Positions 1-8,750 of a stretch of DNA of 32,000 bases are shown piece after piece. Each line of letters begins with the position of its first letter. The stretch's first letter is position 1. Both the position numbers and the translations under genes were made by a program. Source of the DNA: Ignicoccus islandicus DSM 13165 (GTDB lineage Archaea; Thermoproteota; Thermoprotei_A; Sulfolobales; Ignicoccaceae); contig NZ_CP006867.1 of the NCBI RefSeq assembly GCF_001481685.1, forward strand, positions 120,001-152,000, written 5' to 3'. The notes below the pieces were generated by a model, which had not been told where the DNA came from, searched no databases, and saw nothing but the letters and a program-made list of their open reading frames with translations.

Positions 1-1
1 A

Positions 2-103
2 ATGGACGACTTCATGAAAGCTATAGATAAAGTGATGTCTAAGAGACTCGGAACCACGTACAGGCAAGCTCCAAAGAAGGAACATTCGCTAAATACAATT
101 TAA
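2..103 (+). CDS. 3' end of a CDS entering from upstream (possible AAA+ ATPase C-terminus)
   Basis: The frame is open from the window edge to TAA at 101-103 (MDDFMKAIDKVMSKRLGTTYRQAPKKEHSLNTI*). The DDFxKAIxKV segment resembles the C-terminal helix of archaeal AAA+ ATPases. The fragment is too short to assign. Confidence 0.3.
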   Translation: MDDFMKAIDKVMSKRLGTTYRQAPKKEHSLNTI

Positions 104-546
104 GCCCCATAGAACTCTCTATATTCCTTCTCGTACTTCTTAATGAATTCCTTGAAGGCTTCTCTACTCAATTGGTCAGCTTCCTTGTTCAATTCTCTGG
201 GTACCCATTCCAATTGATATTCGAAGTCCTTCAGCAGTTCCATAGCTTTCCTATAAAGGGGTTTCATGCGTTCGGACCTCACTCTATATTCTCCTTTCAA
301 TTGCCTTATAACTAGCTGCGAATCCCCCCTTATTTTGACCTTCTTAATTCCCTTCTCTTTAAGACATTCCAATCCCCTTATCAAGGCCGTGTATTCCGCC
401 ACGTTGTTGGTAACGTCGTCTCCTAGGAAGCCGGCTCCTACTACGCCCTTTCCCTTGCATATAACTCTTCCGTCGCTCTTGGCCACGAATCCGTAAGTAG
501 CTACGCCTCCCGGGTTCTTCGGTTCGCAAAGCCCATCGAAATACAA
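100..546 (-). CDS. rnhA: Type-1 ribonuclease H (archaeal RNase HI)
   Basis: 148-aa ORF with the motif series YFDGLCEPKNPGG, NNVAEYTALIRGL, IRGDSQLVIRQL and WVPRELNKEADQLS, which carry the DEDD catalytic residues. It resembles Sulfolobus-type RNase HI along its length. Confidence 0.85.
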   Translation of the reverse strand: MYFDGLCEPKNPGGVATYGFVAKSDGRVICKGKGVVGAGFLGDDVTNNVAEYTALIRGLECLKEKGIKKVKIRGDSQLVIRQLKGEYRVRSERMKPLYRKAMELLKDFEYQLEWVPRELNKEADQLSREAFKEFIKKYEKEYREFYGA

Positions 547-556
547 GACTACTTCC

Positions 557-1720
557 TTAGAGGAGATATGGGAGTTTCGCGTATCTCTTTGCGAATTCCT
601 CTACCTCCGTCAATCGTATCTTCTCGTTCGGCTTATGGGCTTCCATGGAATCCCCGGGCCCCCAAGTTACCACGTCATATCCCCTATAGAACCTCATGTC
701 TAAACCGGCCTCACATACCCTCTTCGGCTCGCCCCAAGTCTTTTCTATTAATTCCGCCAGTTCACTGTTTTCATTTAATATACCTTGATCAACGAACTTG
801 ACCCTTACTTTACCTCTTCCTTCCACTATTTCCTCGATCTTCCTAACTACGTCCTCTGGGCGGACCTCGGGAACGGTCCTCACGTCTATCGAGAACTTAA
901 ATGAACCTGGTATTACGTTTTCCTTGTTCGATGTAGAGTAAGCTACGCCACCTATGTTATAGACAGTGAACTTAGCCATGGGATGACCGCTGGTGTACTC
1001 GTACTTGCTGAAGGTCTTCGAGAACTCCTCTTTCAATGCTCTGTCTATTTCAATAGCTAATGATGCAGCTTTAATGAAGGCGTTCTCGCCGACCCATGGC
1101 ATGGAAGCGTGGGCTTGGACGCCGCTCACTTCCACCTCTAACCATATTACGCCTTTGTGGCCTATCCATACCGTTCTAGAAGAGGGCTCAGCTATCACCA
1201 CCTTCTTACCTACTGGGTACTTGTCCTTTAGCGCGTTTACTCTATAAGCAGTTCCGCATAACCCCCCAACCTCTTCGTCTGGAACTAGTACGGCCTTTAT
1301 TTCACTACCTTTCCAATTGGAAAGGTTAGCCATTGCTAACATTATAGCTGCTACGCCGCCCTTCATGTCAACTGCTCCCCTGCCTATAACGTAACCGTTG
1401 ACCAGCTTGGCATCGAACGGGTCGCTCTCCCAACCTTCGCCAGGGGGAACGACGTCGTAATGCCCATTGAATTCTAATAAAGGATCTCCATCCCCTACTT
1501 TGGCTATTATTATGGGTCTCTCGGAACCGGTAGGACAAACCTTCGATCTATAGTCCTTGTCTACGTATTCTATCTTGGCCTCAATACCTCGTTCTTCGAA
1601 CCATCCTTTAACGAATTTAGCGAACTCCTCGTACTGCTTGCCTTCTGGCGAGACTGTATCATACGAAATAAGTTTCCTGAGTAGGGAAAATGCATCGTTG
1701 ATGGATGACCACCGAAGCAA
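557..1720 (-). CDS. M20-family metallohydrolase (ArgE/DapE/LysK-type deacylase)
   Basis: 387-aa ORF with M20 metal-ligand motifs: GHYDVVPPGEGW, GRGAVDMKGG, PDEEVGG and a central dimerisation domain. Substrate cannot be inferred from sequence alone. Confidence 0.8.
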   Translation of the reverse strand: MLRWSSINDAFSLLRKLISYDTVSPEGKQYEEFAKFVKGWFEERGIEAKIEYVDKDYRSKVCPTGSERPIIIAKVGDGDPLLEFNGHYDVVPPGEGWESDPFDAKLVNGYVIGRGAVDMKGGVAAIMLAMANLSNWKGSEIKAVLVPDEEVGGLCGTAYRVNALKDKYPVGKKVVIAEPSSRTVWIGHKGVIWLEVEVSGVQAHASMPWVGENAFIKAASLAIEIDRALKEEFSKTFSKYEYTSGHPMAKFTVYNIGGVAYSTSNKENVIPGSFKFSIDVRTVPEVRPEDVVRKIEEIVEGRGKVRVKFVDQGILNENSELAELIEKTWGEPKRVCEAGLDMRFYRGYDVVTWGPGDSMEAHKPNEKIRLTEVEEFAKRYAKLPYLL

Positions 1721-2226
1721 ATTACCATAATAGAGCTAATTACCTTTTAGATAAAGGAATCGAATTGGGTGAGAGCATTAGAGGATTGGGTGAAAAGCAA
1801 ATAAAAATGATATTCTATAGATATAGATTGAAGCTAAGCTATAGCGAAATAGGCGACATGCTCGGAACTTCGAAGCAGAACGTTCACTCTACGTTGAAAA
1901 GGATAAATCGGAACTATACGGAGTGCAAGGAGATCGTGGAACTAGTTGAACTCGCATCCAATCCGTTCGTAGAGGTAACCAAAGGTTCTAACGTTATGGA
2001 CGTCTCGGACAGAGTTCTAGAAGTAGCCGACTCGGAAGGCATAAAGCTCCGTGGAAATAAGAGCGAGATAATTACGTGGATAAAGTGGCACTTCAATATG
2101 GACGATCTAATTATAAAGGAAGAAGGTGGCATTGTTATCAAAAACGATGGGAGTTTGATGAAGGTTAGCGACATTATATTGAAGAAGATAAAGGCGTTAC
2201 TAAACCAATATGGTCAACAAAAATAG
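1705..2226 (+). CDS. tfx: Tfx-family DNA-binding protein (sigma-70 region-4-like HTH)
   Basis: LGEKQIKMIFYRYRLKLSYSEIGDMLGTSKQNVHSTLKRINRNY aligns with the Tfx N-terminal HTH, and the C-terminal half (SEIITWIKWH...) is also Tfx-like. The maximal ORF overlaps the divergent M20 start by 16 nt. The true start may be an internal TTG at 1765 or 1786, giving about 146 aa, which is Tfx-sized. Confidence 0.7.
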   Translation: MTTEANYHNRANYLLDKGIELGESIRGLGEKQIKMIFYRYRLKLSYSEIGDMLGTSKQNVHSTLKRINRNYTECKEIVELVELASNPFVEVTKGSNVMDVSDRVLEVADSEGIKLRGNKSEIITWIKWHFNMDDLIIKEEGGIVIKNDGSLMKVSDIILKKIKALLNQYGQQK

Positions 2227-2245
2227 TTTACGAATTCACGGAGTG

Positions 2246-2256
2246 TTTTTAAATAA
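2246..2256 (+). promoter_or_regulatory. TATA box upstream of the mod operon
   Basis: TTTTTAAATAA lies about 20-35 nt upstream of the candidate starts (TTG 2274, GTG 2277, ATG 2286). This is archaeal promoter geometry with a very short or absent leader. Confidence 0.5.
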
Positions 2257-2273
2257 TTCTAGAGATAGTCAAC

Positions 2274-3053
2274 TTGGTGCATTTTATGAGAAGCAAGTTG
2301 ATAGCTGCCTTCGTAATATTGGCTTTGATGACGGTAGGCCTCAGCCACCTAAGCTTTCAAAGGAACGAAAAGCCCCTCTTCCTACTAAACGCTGCAATGA
2401 AGAAAGCTTGGTTGAAAATACTACCTCTCTTTGAAAAGAAGTACAACGTGCAAGTAGAAGCCATATATGGTAGCTCCGGTCACTTGCTAGCGCAACTGGA
2501 AATAACCAAAACTGGAGAGGTCTATTCGCCAGCAACCCCAGTATATATGGAAAAGGCCGTAAGGGACGGCGTTGTTGACCCTAACACCGTTACTACTGTC
2601 GCATGCTTGAGATTAGCTATACTCGTCCCAGCCAATAGTCCGATAAGGAGCTTGGACGACCTCGTGAAAGGGAATTATAAAGTGGCCATGTGCGATCTAA
2701 AGAGTTGCGCTGTAGGTAAGTTCGCTAAACAATCTTTCGAAATGAGCGGTCTCTGGAATCAGCTTAGGGGTAAAGTAATCACTTTTACAGAGAATTTCTC
2801 TAAGCTAGTTAGCCTAGTTGCCCTAGGTCAGGTAGACGCAGCCATCGGATGGAGCGTGGGCCATTACTGGTATCCAGATAAGGTTAGAGCTATACCGCTT
2901 AACGTCTCAACCCCTTACGAACCCTGTATTCAGATAGCAATTACTAAGTACGCAAAGAATAGGGACTTGGCTGCGAAGTTCATTCAGTTCCTGAAAGAAC
3001 CCGAAGTACAGCAAATACTCAAGGAACTGGGTTACGAGGTCGTGAACAAATGA
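2274..3053 (+). CDS. modA: Molybdate/tungstate ABC transporter substrate-binding protein (ModA-like)
   Basis: N-terminal signal/anchor (MRSKLIAAFVILALMTVGLS), then a ModA-like pattern: LLNAA...YGSSGHLLAQLE...VYSPA...LAILVP...AVGKFAKQ...IGWSV. An alternative ATG start is at 2286. The stop overlaps the modB start (ATGA at 3050-3053). Confidence 0.75.
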   Translation: MVHFMRSKLIAAFVILALMTVGLSHLSFQRNEKPLFLLNAAMKKAWLKILPLFEKKYNVQVEAIYGSSGHLLAQLEITKTGEVYSPATPVYMEKAVRDGVVDPNTVTTVACLRLAILVPANSPIRSLDDLVKGNYKVAMCDLKSCAVGKFAKQSFEMSGLWNQLRGKVITFTENFSKLVSLVALGQVDAAIGWSVGHYWYPDKVRAIPLNVSTPYEPCIQIAITKYAKNRDLAAKFIQFLKEPEVQQILKELGYEVVNK

Positions 3054-3799
3054 AGGCCTTTGCCTTCGTAATGCCTACCTTTCTCCTCATGATTATAATT
3101 CTTCCCCTTTTCTCTGTACCACTTCGTTCCGTTGCCTCGGCCCTACTTGACCCGGAAACCCTGTATGCGTTCCAACTGAGCGTTTTCACTGCGTCCGTTG
3201 CTACAGCTCTCGCGTTATTGGTAGCGATACCATCGGGCTACTCGCTTTCCAAGGGGTGTAGGTTTTCTCGCGTACTTAAGGCGATCTCTATGATTCCATT
3301 GGCGTTACCGCCTGTAGCGTTAGGAGCGCTATTATTGATTTTCTTCTCCAGAACGCCACTAGGTAACCTCGTAAATTCCGTTATACCAATAGTATTCAAC
3401 GTTCCCGGCTTGATAGTTGCCCAATTCGTCGTTGCGTACCCTATATCGCTGAGGGTAATTGAGAGTTCAATGCACATGCTCGATGAGGAACTGTTGACTT
3501 TGTCGCGCGTTTACGGTTGCGATGGACTGTGCTTGATAAGGAAAGTGATACTACCTATTATTGCACCCGGACTTCGGGCCGCTTCCCTACTCTCATTTGC
3601 TCGCTCCCTAGGTGAATTCGGTGCCTCCGTCACCTTGGCTGGGGCGATAAGGTTTAAGACGGAAACTCTCCCAATTGCGATTTACTTAACCCTTAGTTCG
3701 GGTGAGTTGGAAAAGACCTTAGCATTAATATTCGTAACGGCAATGCTCTCCTTAATATTGTTTATCATAGGTGAGGGCAATGAAGGCGCTGGAAGTTAG
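3050..3799 (+). CDS. modB: Molybdate/tungstate ABC transporter permease (ModB-like)
   Basis: Polytopic membrane protein. Its EAA-loop region SFARSLGEFGASVTLAG is nearly identical to the ModB/CysT signature AFARSLGEFGAT. Confidence 0.85.
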   Translation: MKAFAFVMPTFLLMIIILPLFSVPLRSVASALLDPETLYAFQLSVFTASVATALALLVAIPSGYSLSKGCRFSRVLKAISMIPLALPPVALGALLLIFFSRTPLGNLVNSVIPIVFNVPGLIVAQFVVAYPISLRVIESSMHMLDEELLTLSRVYGCDGLCLIRKVILPIIAPGLRAASLLSFARSLGEFGASVTLAGAIRFKTETLPIAIYLTLSSGELEKTLALIFVTAMLSLILFIIGEGNEGAGS

Positions 3800-4418
3800 G
3801 AACCTAAGCTTTTCTTACAAAAAGAGACCTATTTTAAGTAACGTGAACTTAGACGTTTCACACCCATCAATAGTGGCAATAATAGGGCCTAATGGGTCCG
3901 GTAAGAGCACCTTCGCGAAAGTTATAGTTGGTCAGCTTAAAGGCGAGGGTGAAGTAAGGATCTTCAATAAGATAGTGTTGAGCAAGGGAATATATTTACC
4001 ACCTAGTAGTAGGGGATTGGCTTACGTACCTCAAAGGAGCCCAGTCTTTCCACACCTCACTGTTAAGGAGAATCTGGAGTTCGTCGCTAAGAACGCTACT
4101 CCCCGCTTAATCGAGGAAGTGATGGGGCTCTTTGAATTAGAACCCATCTCCGATTTGAAGGGCAAGGAGCTTTCCGGAGGCCAAGCGAAGAGGCTTTCAA
4201 TAGCAATGGCCTTCGCTAGCGGTAAAGAACTAATAATTATGGACGAACCCTTGAGCGGTGTAGACCCCAGTTCGCGCGAGAGCCTAGTTGAGGTAGTAAG
4301 GGAGCTCGCAAAGAAACGAAAAGTTTCGATCTTGTGGATTACTCACTTCAAGGAAGTAATGGAGAAATGTGACGAAGTGTATATGATGGATAAGGGATTT
4401 TTAATAAAAATTGATTAA
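3780..4418 (+). CDS. modC: ABC transporter ATP-binding protein (ModC-like, short form)
   Basis: Walker A GPNGSGKST, ABC signature LSGGQAKR, Walker B LIIMDEPLSG. ATG 3780 is preceded by an SD-like GGTGAGG. The track ORF begins at GTG 3771, inside that motif. The protein is only about 212 aa, so it has no C-terminal TOBE/Mop domain. Confidence 0.85.
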   Translation: MKALEVRNLSFSYKKRPILSNVNLDVSHPSIVAIIGPNGSGKSTFAKVIVGQLKGEGEVRIFNKIVLSKGIYLPPSSRGLAYVPQRSPVFPHLTVKENLEFVAKNATPRLIEEVMGLFELEPISDLKGKELSGGQAKRLSIAMAFASGKELIIMDEPLSGVDPSSRESLVEVVRELAKKRKVSILWITHFKEVMEKCDEVYMMDKGFLIKID

Positions 4419-4431
4419 AAATAGTGGAACT

Positions 4432-5082
4432 TTACTTGTTGCAAACGACTATAGTGGTAGTTACTGGTAGAGTTACAGTAGTGGTTACTACTACGGTCTT
4501 GGTGACAGTAACGACGTTACCAGCAGCCGGTGCCGGTTGGGTTGTGGTGGGTTGTTCGGCTTGCATTGGAACTGCGTTAACTATCTTAACGCCATAGGCG
4601 TCTCCAGTAGGTGCACCATCACCGTTAGCAGCTAGTGCAGCCACTTTCAGTTGGACTGGCTTGGCATCGTTAGGAGCTATCCACTCTACAACCCACTTGT
4701 TAACTTGAGCTCCCTCCTTAGTGTGAGTTACGAACGCTATAGTCTGACCGGTAGTGAAGTCGAAGGCTTGGGTTAGGAAGGTGTTCTCTGGATCAATTAC
4801 CTTTAACTCGCCGGAAGAGACAGTGAAAGCGAAGCCAGCGCAGTTGCTCATAGCTGGAGTGCATTGGTGCTCGATTTCTATAGTTAGCTTGTAAGCCTTG
4901 CCGGGGACGTAATAGTACTTACCTCCCTTCTCAGGAAGACCCTTAATTATTATCTTGTTTGGAGGTAGTCCTTTCGCATCTACGTGGCATTGAGTGCAAG
5001 TTAATGAAGGCGCTCCGTTGCTCATTGCAAAGGTTACAAGGGAGGCGAGGAGTACTACCGATAATACTTTGTATGCCTTCAC
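4432..5082 (-). CDS. Secreted/surface protein with one CxxCH heme-c motif and a Thr/Val-rich C-terminal tail
   Basis: Signal peptide MKAYKVLSVVLLASLVTFAMSNG. CTQCH lies at residues 29-33 (nt 4984-4998), followed by a beta-rich about 140-aa domain. The tail is QPTTTQPAPAAGNVVTVTKTVVVTTTVTLPVTTTIVVCNK. Confidence 0.6.
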   Translation of the reverse strand: MKAYKVLSVVLLASLVTFAMSNGAPSLTCTQCHVDAKGLPPNKIIIKGLPEKGGKYYYVPGKAYKLTIEIEHQCTPAMSNCAGFAFTVSSGELKVIDPENTFLTQAFDFTTGQTIAFVTHTKEGAQVNKWVVEWIAPNDAKPVQLKVAALAANGDGAPTGDAYGVKIVNAVPMQAEQPTTTQPAPAAGNVVTVTKTVVVTTTVTLPVTTTIVVCNK

Positions 5083-5222
5083 GAACCCTCACGCTCATAA
5101 GGGAAGAGCATGCCCTCCATAAAAATTCGTTTCGTTTAAATCGTTTGAATGGTCGCTTAACGTAGTTTTCGCCTTGATTTTTCTATTTACCTCCCTCAAA
5201 ACTTGTCTCGGGGTACGAAGTC

Positions 5223-5573
5223 TTGGTATTCATGACCGGGTTCGTTCTAATAGATCCGAACTACAGGCACGGCGAGAAAAGGGAGGAAGTGAAGAACTTC
5301 TTAAGCAACATCGGGTTTGAAATATATGAAACTAATACGGAACCCTATCTGGTCTATTACGTAGAAGGTAGAACAGTTAAGGATCTAGATGAATTATCCA
5401 AGTTAGCGACTTCCCATCCCGGCGTCCTCAAGGTTTACGTTTCTTACGGTTACCTAGGGGATAACGAGAAACTTGAGAGCTTAGAAGAGGCTTTGGAAAG
5501 AGGGGAAATAGCCGTAGGCGAAAGCCTCATTGAATATTTGAAGGAACTCATTGAAGAGCTGAGAGGCAAATAA
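5223..5573 (+). CDS. Small cytoplasmic protein, possibly a stand-alone RAM/ACT-like (Lrp/AsnC C-terminal type) domain
   Basis: About 113-116 aa (TTG 5223 or ATG 5232). The pattern GFVLID...EEVKNFL...GFEIYET...LVYYVEG...L..L....PGVLKVYVSYG loosely resembles the RAM-domain beta-alpha-beta-beta-alpha-beta fold. The C-terminal helix is acidic. Confidence 0.4.
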   Translation: MVFMTGFVLIDPNYRHGEKREEVKNFLSNIGFEIYETNTEPYLVYYVEGRTVKDLDELSKLATSHPGVLKVYVSYGYLGDNEKLESLEEALERGEIAVGESLIEYLKELIEELRGK

Positions 5574-7067
5574 TTACTTTTCTTCCTTTTTGAAGAAGCT
5601 CAAGGACAGAACGCCGTATGGACATACCTCAACGCACCTTCCGCAATGGAAGCAGCGATAATCGTCGATGTCTTTATTTCTGTTTATGTAATCTACTATA
5701 TCAATACTCATAGGACATGCCATGCTGCATAGGTTGCACCTAGTACACTTTTTCTCATTTACTATCCTTATTCTCAACGGACTGTATTTATTCATCACGA
5801 ACCCGTAGAGCGCGCCTATAGGACAAACGAACCTGCACCAGAACCTCTTTATTTTGAATACTTTCTCAGCAATTACGTTGACTACTAGCGCGAAGAGAGT
5901 AGTGTACCCGTAAGCTATTATGGAACCAACGAACGCAGCTGGTACGTTTGCCAGGACGGCAACTACGAACGCTCCGAACTTAGTCGTTCCAGCAACTGGT
6001 GACATGTTCGTAAAGAACGGCATCGCAAAGACGTAGCTCAGTACTACGTAAGCTAAGGCGAAAGCTATCGGTACTACCTTCTCGAGAGTCGTAGCCTTGT
6101 GGAACCTTATTTGAGGGGGGTCCCTAGGCATGTTGAGTTTCTTTTCAAATATTGAGAATAGTAAGTCCATGGGGCAAACCCATCCGCAGAAGAACCTTCC
6201 TAGAACGCTGTAGAGGAAAACTACTACCAAGACAGCAATAACGGATTCTAAAGTGAAACCTCTTGAAGCAGCAAGGTACTCAATCCACGCTATCGGATCC
6301 ATCATTGGATAGTAGAACGTTCCAACGTTCTTCAAACTAACGAAATAGGACACTAACGTTAACACGCCTAGTGCGATTGAAGTTATGCCGAGAGCATACG
6401 CTAATCTCTTTATCCTCTCGTCTTTAGTTACCATTTCCTCTGCGTAAAGTCCGAAGCTTATAGCAGCGGCAACTGCAGCAGTAGACCCGAGTACAACCAA
6501 TAAGTTTTCAGTAATTAAGAACGTTACGACGGCCATTGCAAGGAATATTGCTGAGGCGTTCATGCTGAACTTCAGTAACCCCGCCCCCTCTTTACTTATT
6601 CTCCAGAGGTAACCCAGGTAGAGCGTACCTCCAAGTATGAAGGTAATCCAAGCAGCTATTCCCGTATAATTTAACACTTCCTTAGGCTCTTGCTTGGTTC
6701 CTACCCTTATGATAGCTGTTACGTCTAAACCCAATCCTGTGAACAAGGAGTAAAGGGCAAGTATTGCGCCTATAGTTGCTAGACTCCCCCCTATTAGCCC
6801 TAGGTATTTCACCTTACCAGATTCTTTACTTAGAGATAGAGTGGCCTTCCAGAAGTGATAGGATGCAATGACGAAGAACACGGAAAGAGCTAAGTCGAGT
6901 AAGGTCTTGCTCGAGGCGAAGCTACCTTCTATGAAGTAACCGTGGAACAACGCTTGGGTAGTAAATAACGTGAGGAGGGATAGCTGTAAGAACCTTCGCA
7001 AGAAGGTGTACTTACCTCTAGGTGGCCTACCCTTCAAACTCTTTTTCAATTTCTCTATATTGATCAT
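5574..7067 (-). CDS. NapH/MauN-like integral-membrane polyferredoxin, enlarged
   Basis: Two CX3CP motifs (FFCGWVCPMD, FWCRFVCPIG) and two C-terminal 4Fe-4S motifs (CTRCNLCSMACP, CFHCGRCVEVCP). The N-terminus LRRFLQLSLL...GSFASS is NapH-like. The protein is 497 aa, against about 290 aa for classical NapH. Confidence 0.8.
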   Translation of the reverse strand: MINIEKLKKSLKGRPPRGKYTFLRRFLQLSLLTLFTTQALFHGYFIEGSFASSKTLLDLALSVFFVIASYHFWKATLSLSKESGKVKYLGLIGGSLATIGAILALYSLFTGLGLDVTAIIRVGTKQEPKEVLNYTGIAAWITFILGGTLYLGYLWRISKEGAGLLKFSMNASAIFLAMAVVTFLITENLLVVLGSTAAVAAAISFGLYAEEMVTKDERIKRLAYALGITSIALGVLTLVSYFVSLKNVGTFYYPMMDPIAWIEYLAASRGFTLESVIAVLVVVFLYSVLGRFFCGWVCPMDLLFSIFEKKLNMPRDPPQIRFHKATTLEKVVPIAFALAYVVLSYVFAMPFFTNMSPVAGTTKFGAFVVAVLANVPAAFVGSIIAYGYTTLFALVVNVIAEKVFKIKRFWCRFVCPIGALYGFVMNKYSPLRIRIVNEKKCTRCNLCSMACPMSIDIVDYINRNKDIDDYRCFHCGRCVEVCPYGVLSLSFFKKEEK

Positions 7068-7077
7068 TCCCTTCCCC

Positions 7078-8004
7078 TCAGAACTCGCTAACTATCTTCT
7101 CCTTAATTAGACCCCTCTTATTGATAATGTAATCGGCGTTAATCGTGTATCTCCACGTTGCTTTCTCTGGGTCCTCGTTTTCTATCTTTTTAATCAATTT
7201 AGTGTATTCCTCGTAACTCATGCCCGTGTTCTTGAAGTTCTTCACTCTTTCTTCATATACTTCCTTAGGATACACGTGTATGGCAGCCCCTACTACTGGA
7301 CAAGCTGGAATGCATTGACCACAACCGGTGCACCTTTCCGGTATGACTTCGGTGTGTACTCCGAACTCGTTGAAGGTGAACTTGAAGACTTCGCTACCGT
7401 AGGGGCAAGCCTTCGCGCAACTGTAACAGTCGCCGCTGTTCCATGCCCAGCATAGGTCAGGGTCGATCAGAGCAATTCCCATTTTGACTTTCTTTGGTTC
7501 TATTTCCTCTAGGGCTCCGGTCGGACAAGCTTTCGCACAGCTCATACATAGAGTACATGGGTAGTCCATTAGGTTCCACACAATTGGAACGCCGACCTTC
7601 TTAGAGCCGTCCTTTATGGTACCTAATCGTATTGTATGGTTTCCGTCCCTCATGCACGCGAAGTAACAGAGGCTACATCTGATACATCTTTCAGTTAACT
7701 TGAAGGCGCCTGGGGGTTCTAACTCGAACCTATCTTCGTGGTAGGGCTTCATGTACACGAGCGGCTTATCTGGGAGTACAGGATTAGCCGCATACCTCTT
7801 ACCGTCTTTTTCAATTACATAACCCAAGGCTTTGTACATTTCATACCTATCGTTTTTCTCTAAAATAAATGGTTCGTACCAAACTTTCGGCACTTTCTTC
7901 TCTTCCTTATTTAAGGAGTATATTACGGGTGGGGAGAGGAGCGCCAGAGCTGATGCAGCAATAATACCCTTAAGGAACCTTCTCCTATTATTAGCATCCC
8001 CCAC
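7078..8004 (-). CDS. Tat-signal 4x[4Fe-4S] ferredoxin (NapG-like)
   Basis: GTG start. Twin-arginine leader GDANNRRRFLKGIIAASALALLSPP. Cys clusters: CIRCSLCYFAC, CTLCMSCAKACP, CYSCAKACP, CTGCGQCIPACP. Confidence 0.8.
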   Translation of the reverse strand: MGDANNRRRFLKGIIAASALALLSPPVIYSLNKEEKKVPKVWYEPFILEKNDRYEMYKALGYVIEKDGKRYAANPVLPDKPLVYMKPYHEDRFELEPPGAFKLTERCIRCSLCYFACMRDGNHTIRLGTIKDGSKKVGVPIVWNLMDYPCTLCMSCAKACPTGALEEIEPKKVKMGIALIDPDLCWAWNSGDCYSCAKACPYGSEVFKFTFNEFGVHTEVIPERCTGCGQCIPACPVVGAAIHVYPKEVYEERVKNFKNTGMSYEEYTKLIKKIENEDPEKATWRYTINADYIINKRGLIKEKIVSEF

Positions 8005-8068
8005 TACTTTTACCCGGTAAGTTAACGTGTCAAGAGGTAAATATTGAGCCGGTAAAAGAACGTAACCC

Positions 8069-8749
8069 TTAGACCTTGCGAGACGGAAGTATGAAGTAAA
8101 GCTTACCGCTTTCTTCTTTAGGACCTTTAGGCGTTCCCAGAACTCCTTCCCTCACTTTTTCTCTAATTGGATCGTTAGGATCGTCTAGGTCACCGAACAT
8201 TCTAGCTCCCGTTGGACACGTTTCCACGCACGCTGGTTTCTGGCCTTTAGTTATTCTATGATAGCAGAATGTACATTTATCTACAGTGTAGCTGCTTGGA
8301 TCCACGCTCCTCGCACCGTATGGACACGCTACAATGCACGCACCGCAGAGAATGCATTTCTCTTTATTAACTAAGACTATTCCCTCTTTCGTTTGGTAGG
8401 TCGCGGCCGTTGGGCAAACTGATACGCATGGAGCGTCGTCGCAATGGACGCACATTTTGTGCCACAGTAACACGTTTACGTTTGGGTATTCCCCTTCTTC
8501 TACCCTAACTATCTTCGTTCGTGGTTCGAACAGATTCAGTATTTCGGGATTGCCCTTAGCTTCTTTGAGTATCTCCTTGAGGGGTCGTCCTTTGTATAGT
8601 TTTATGGGTAAGTACTTGGATATTAGGGAGTATATTACGTTAGGTCTCTCTCCCTTTTCGCCTTTATATGAGTTTTCTGCAAGGCAAGCTGCTGTGCAAG
8701 CACCGCAACCGGTACATAGGTTCAGATCAATTACCATTACAGGCTTCAA
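8069..8749 (-). CDS. 4Fe-4S electron-transfer subunit of a DMSO-reductase-family enzyme (PsrB/TtrB/DmsB/NrfC-like)
   Basis: Four ferredoxin-type Cys groups: CTGCGACTAAC, CVHCDDAPCVSVCP, CILCGACIVACP and CTFCYHRI...CVETCPTGA. It starts 1 nt after the catalytic-subunit gene ends. Confidence 0.9.
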   Translation of the reverse strand: MKPVMVIDLNLCTGCGACTAACLAENSYKGEKGERPNVIYSLISKYLPIKLYKGRPLKEILKEAKGNPEILNLFEPRTKIVRVEEGEYPNVNVLLWHKMCVHCDDAPCVSVCPTAATYQTKEGIVLVNKEKCILCGACIVACPYGARSVDPSSYTVDKCTFCYHRITKGQKPACVETCPTGARMFGDLDDPNDPIREKVREGVLGTPKGPKEESGKLYFILPSRKV

Positions 8750-8750
8750 C

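Noticed and set aside
8005-8068. Direct repeat CCGGTAA-n-AAC (twice) in the 64-nt gap between the FeS-subunit and NapG-like genes, as a regulatory or processing site
   Set aside because: The repeat is only 7 nt and appears twice in a short spacer. That is insufficient to separate it from chance, so it is noted only as a place to look for an internal promoter.
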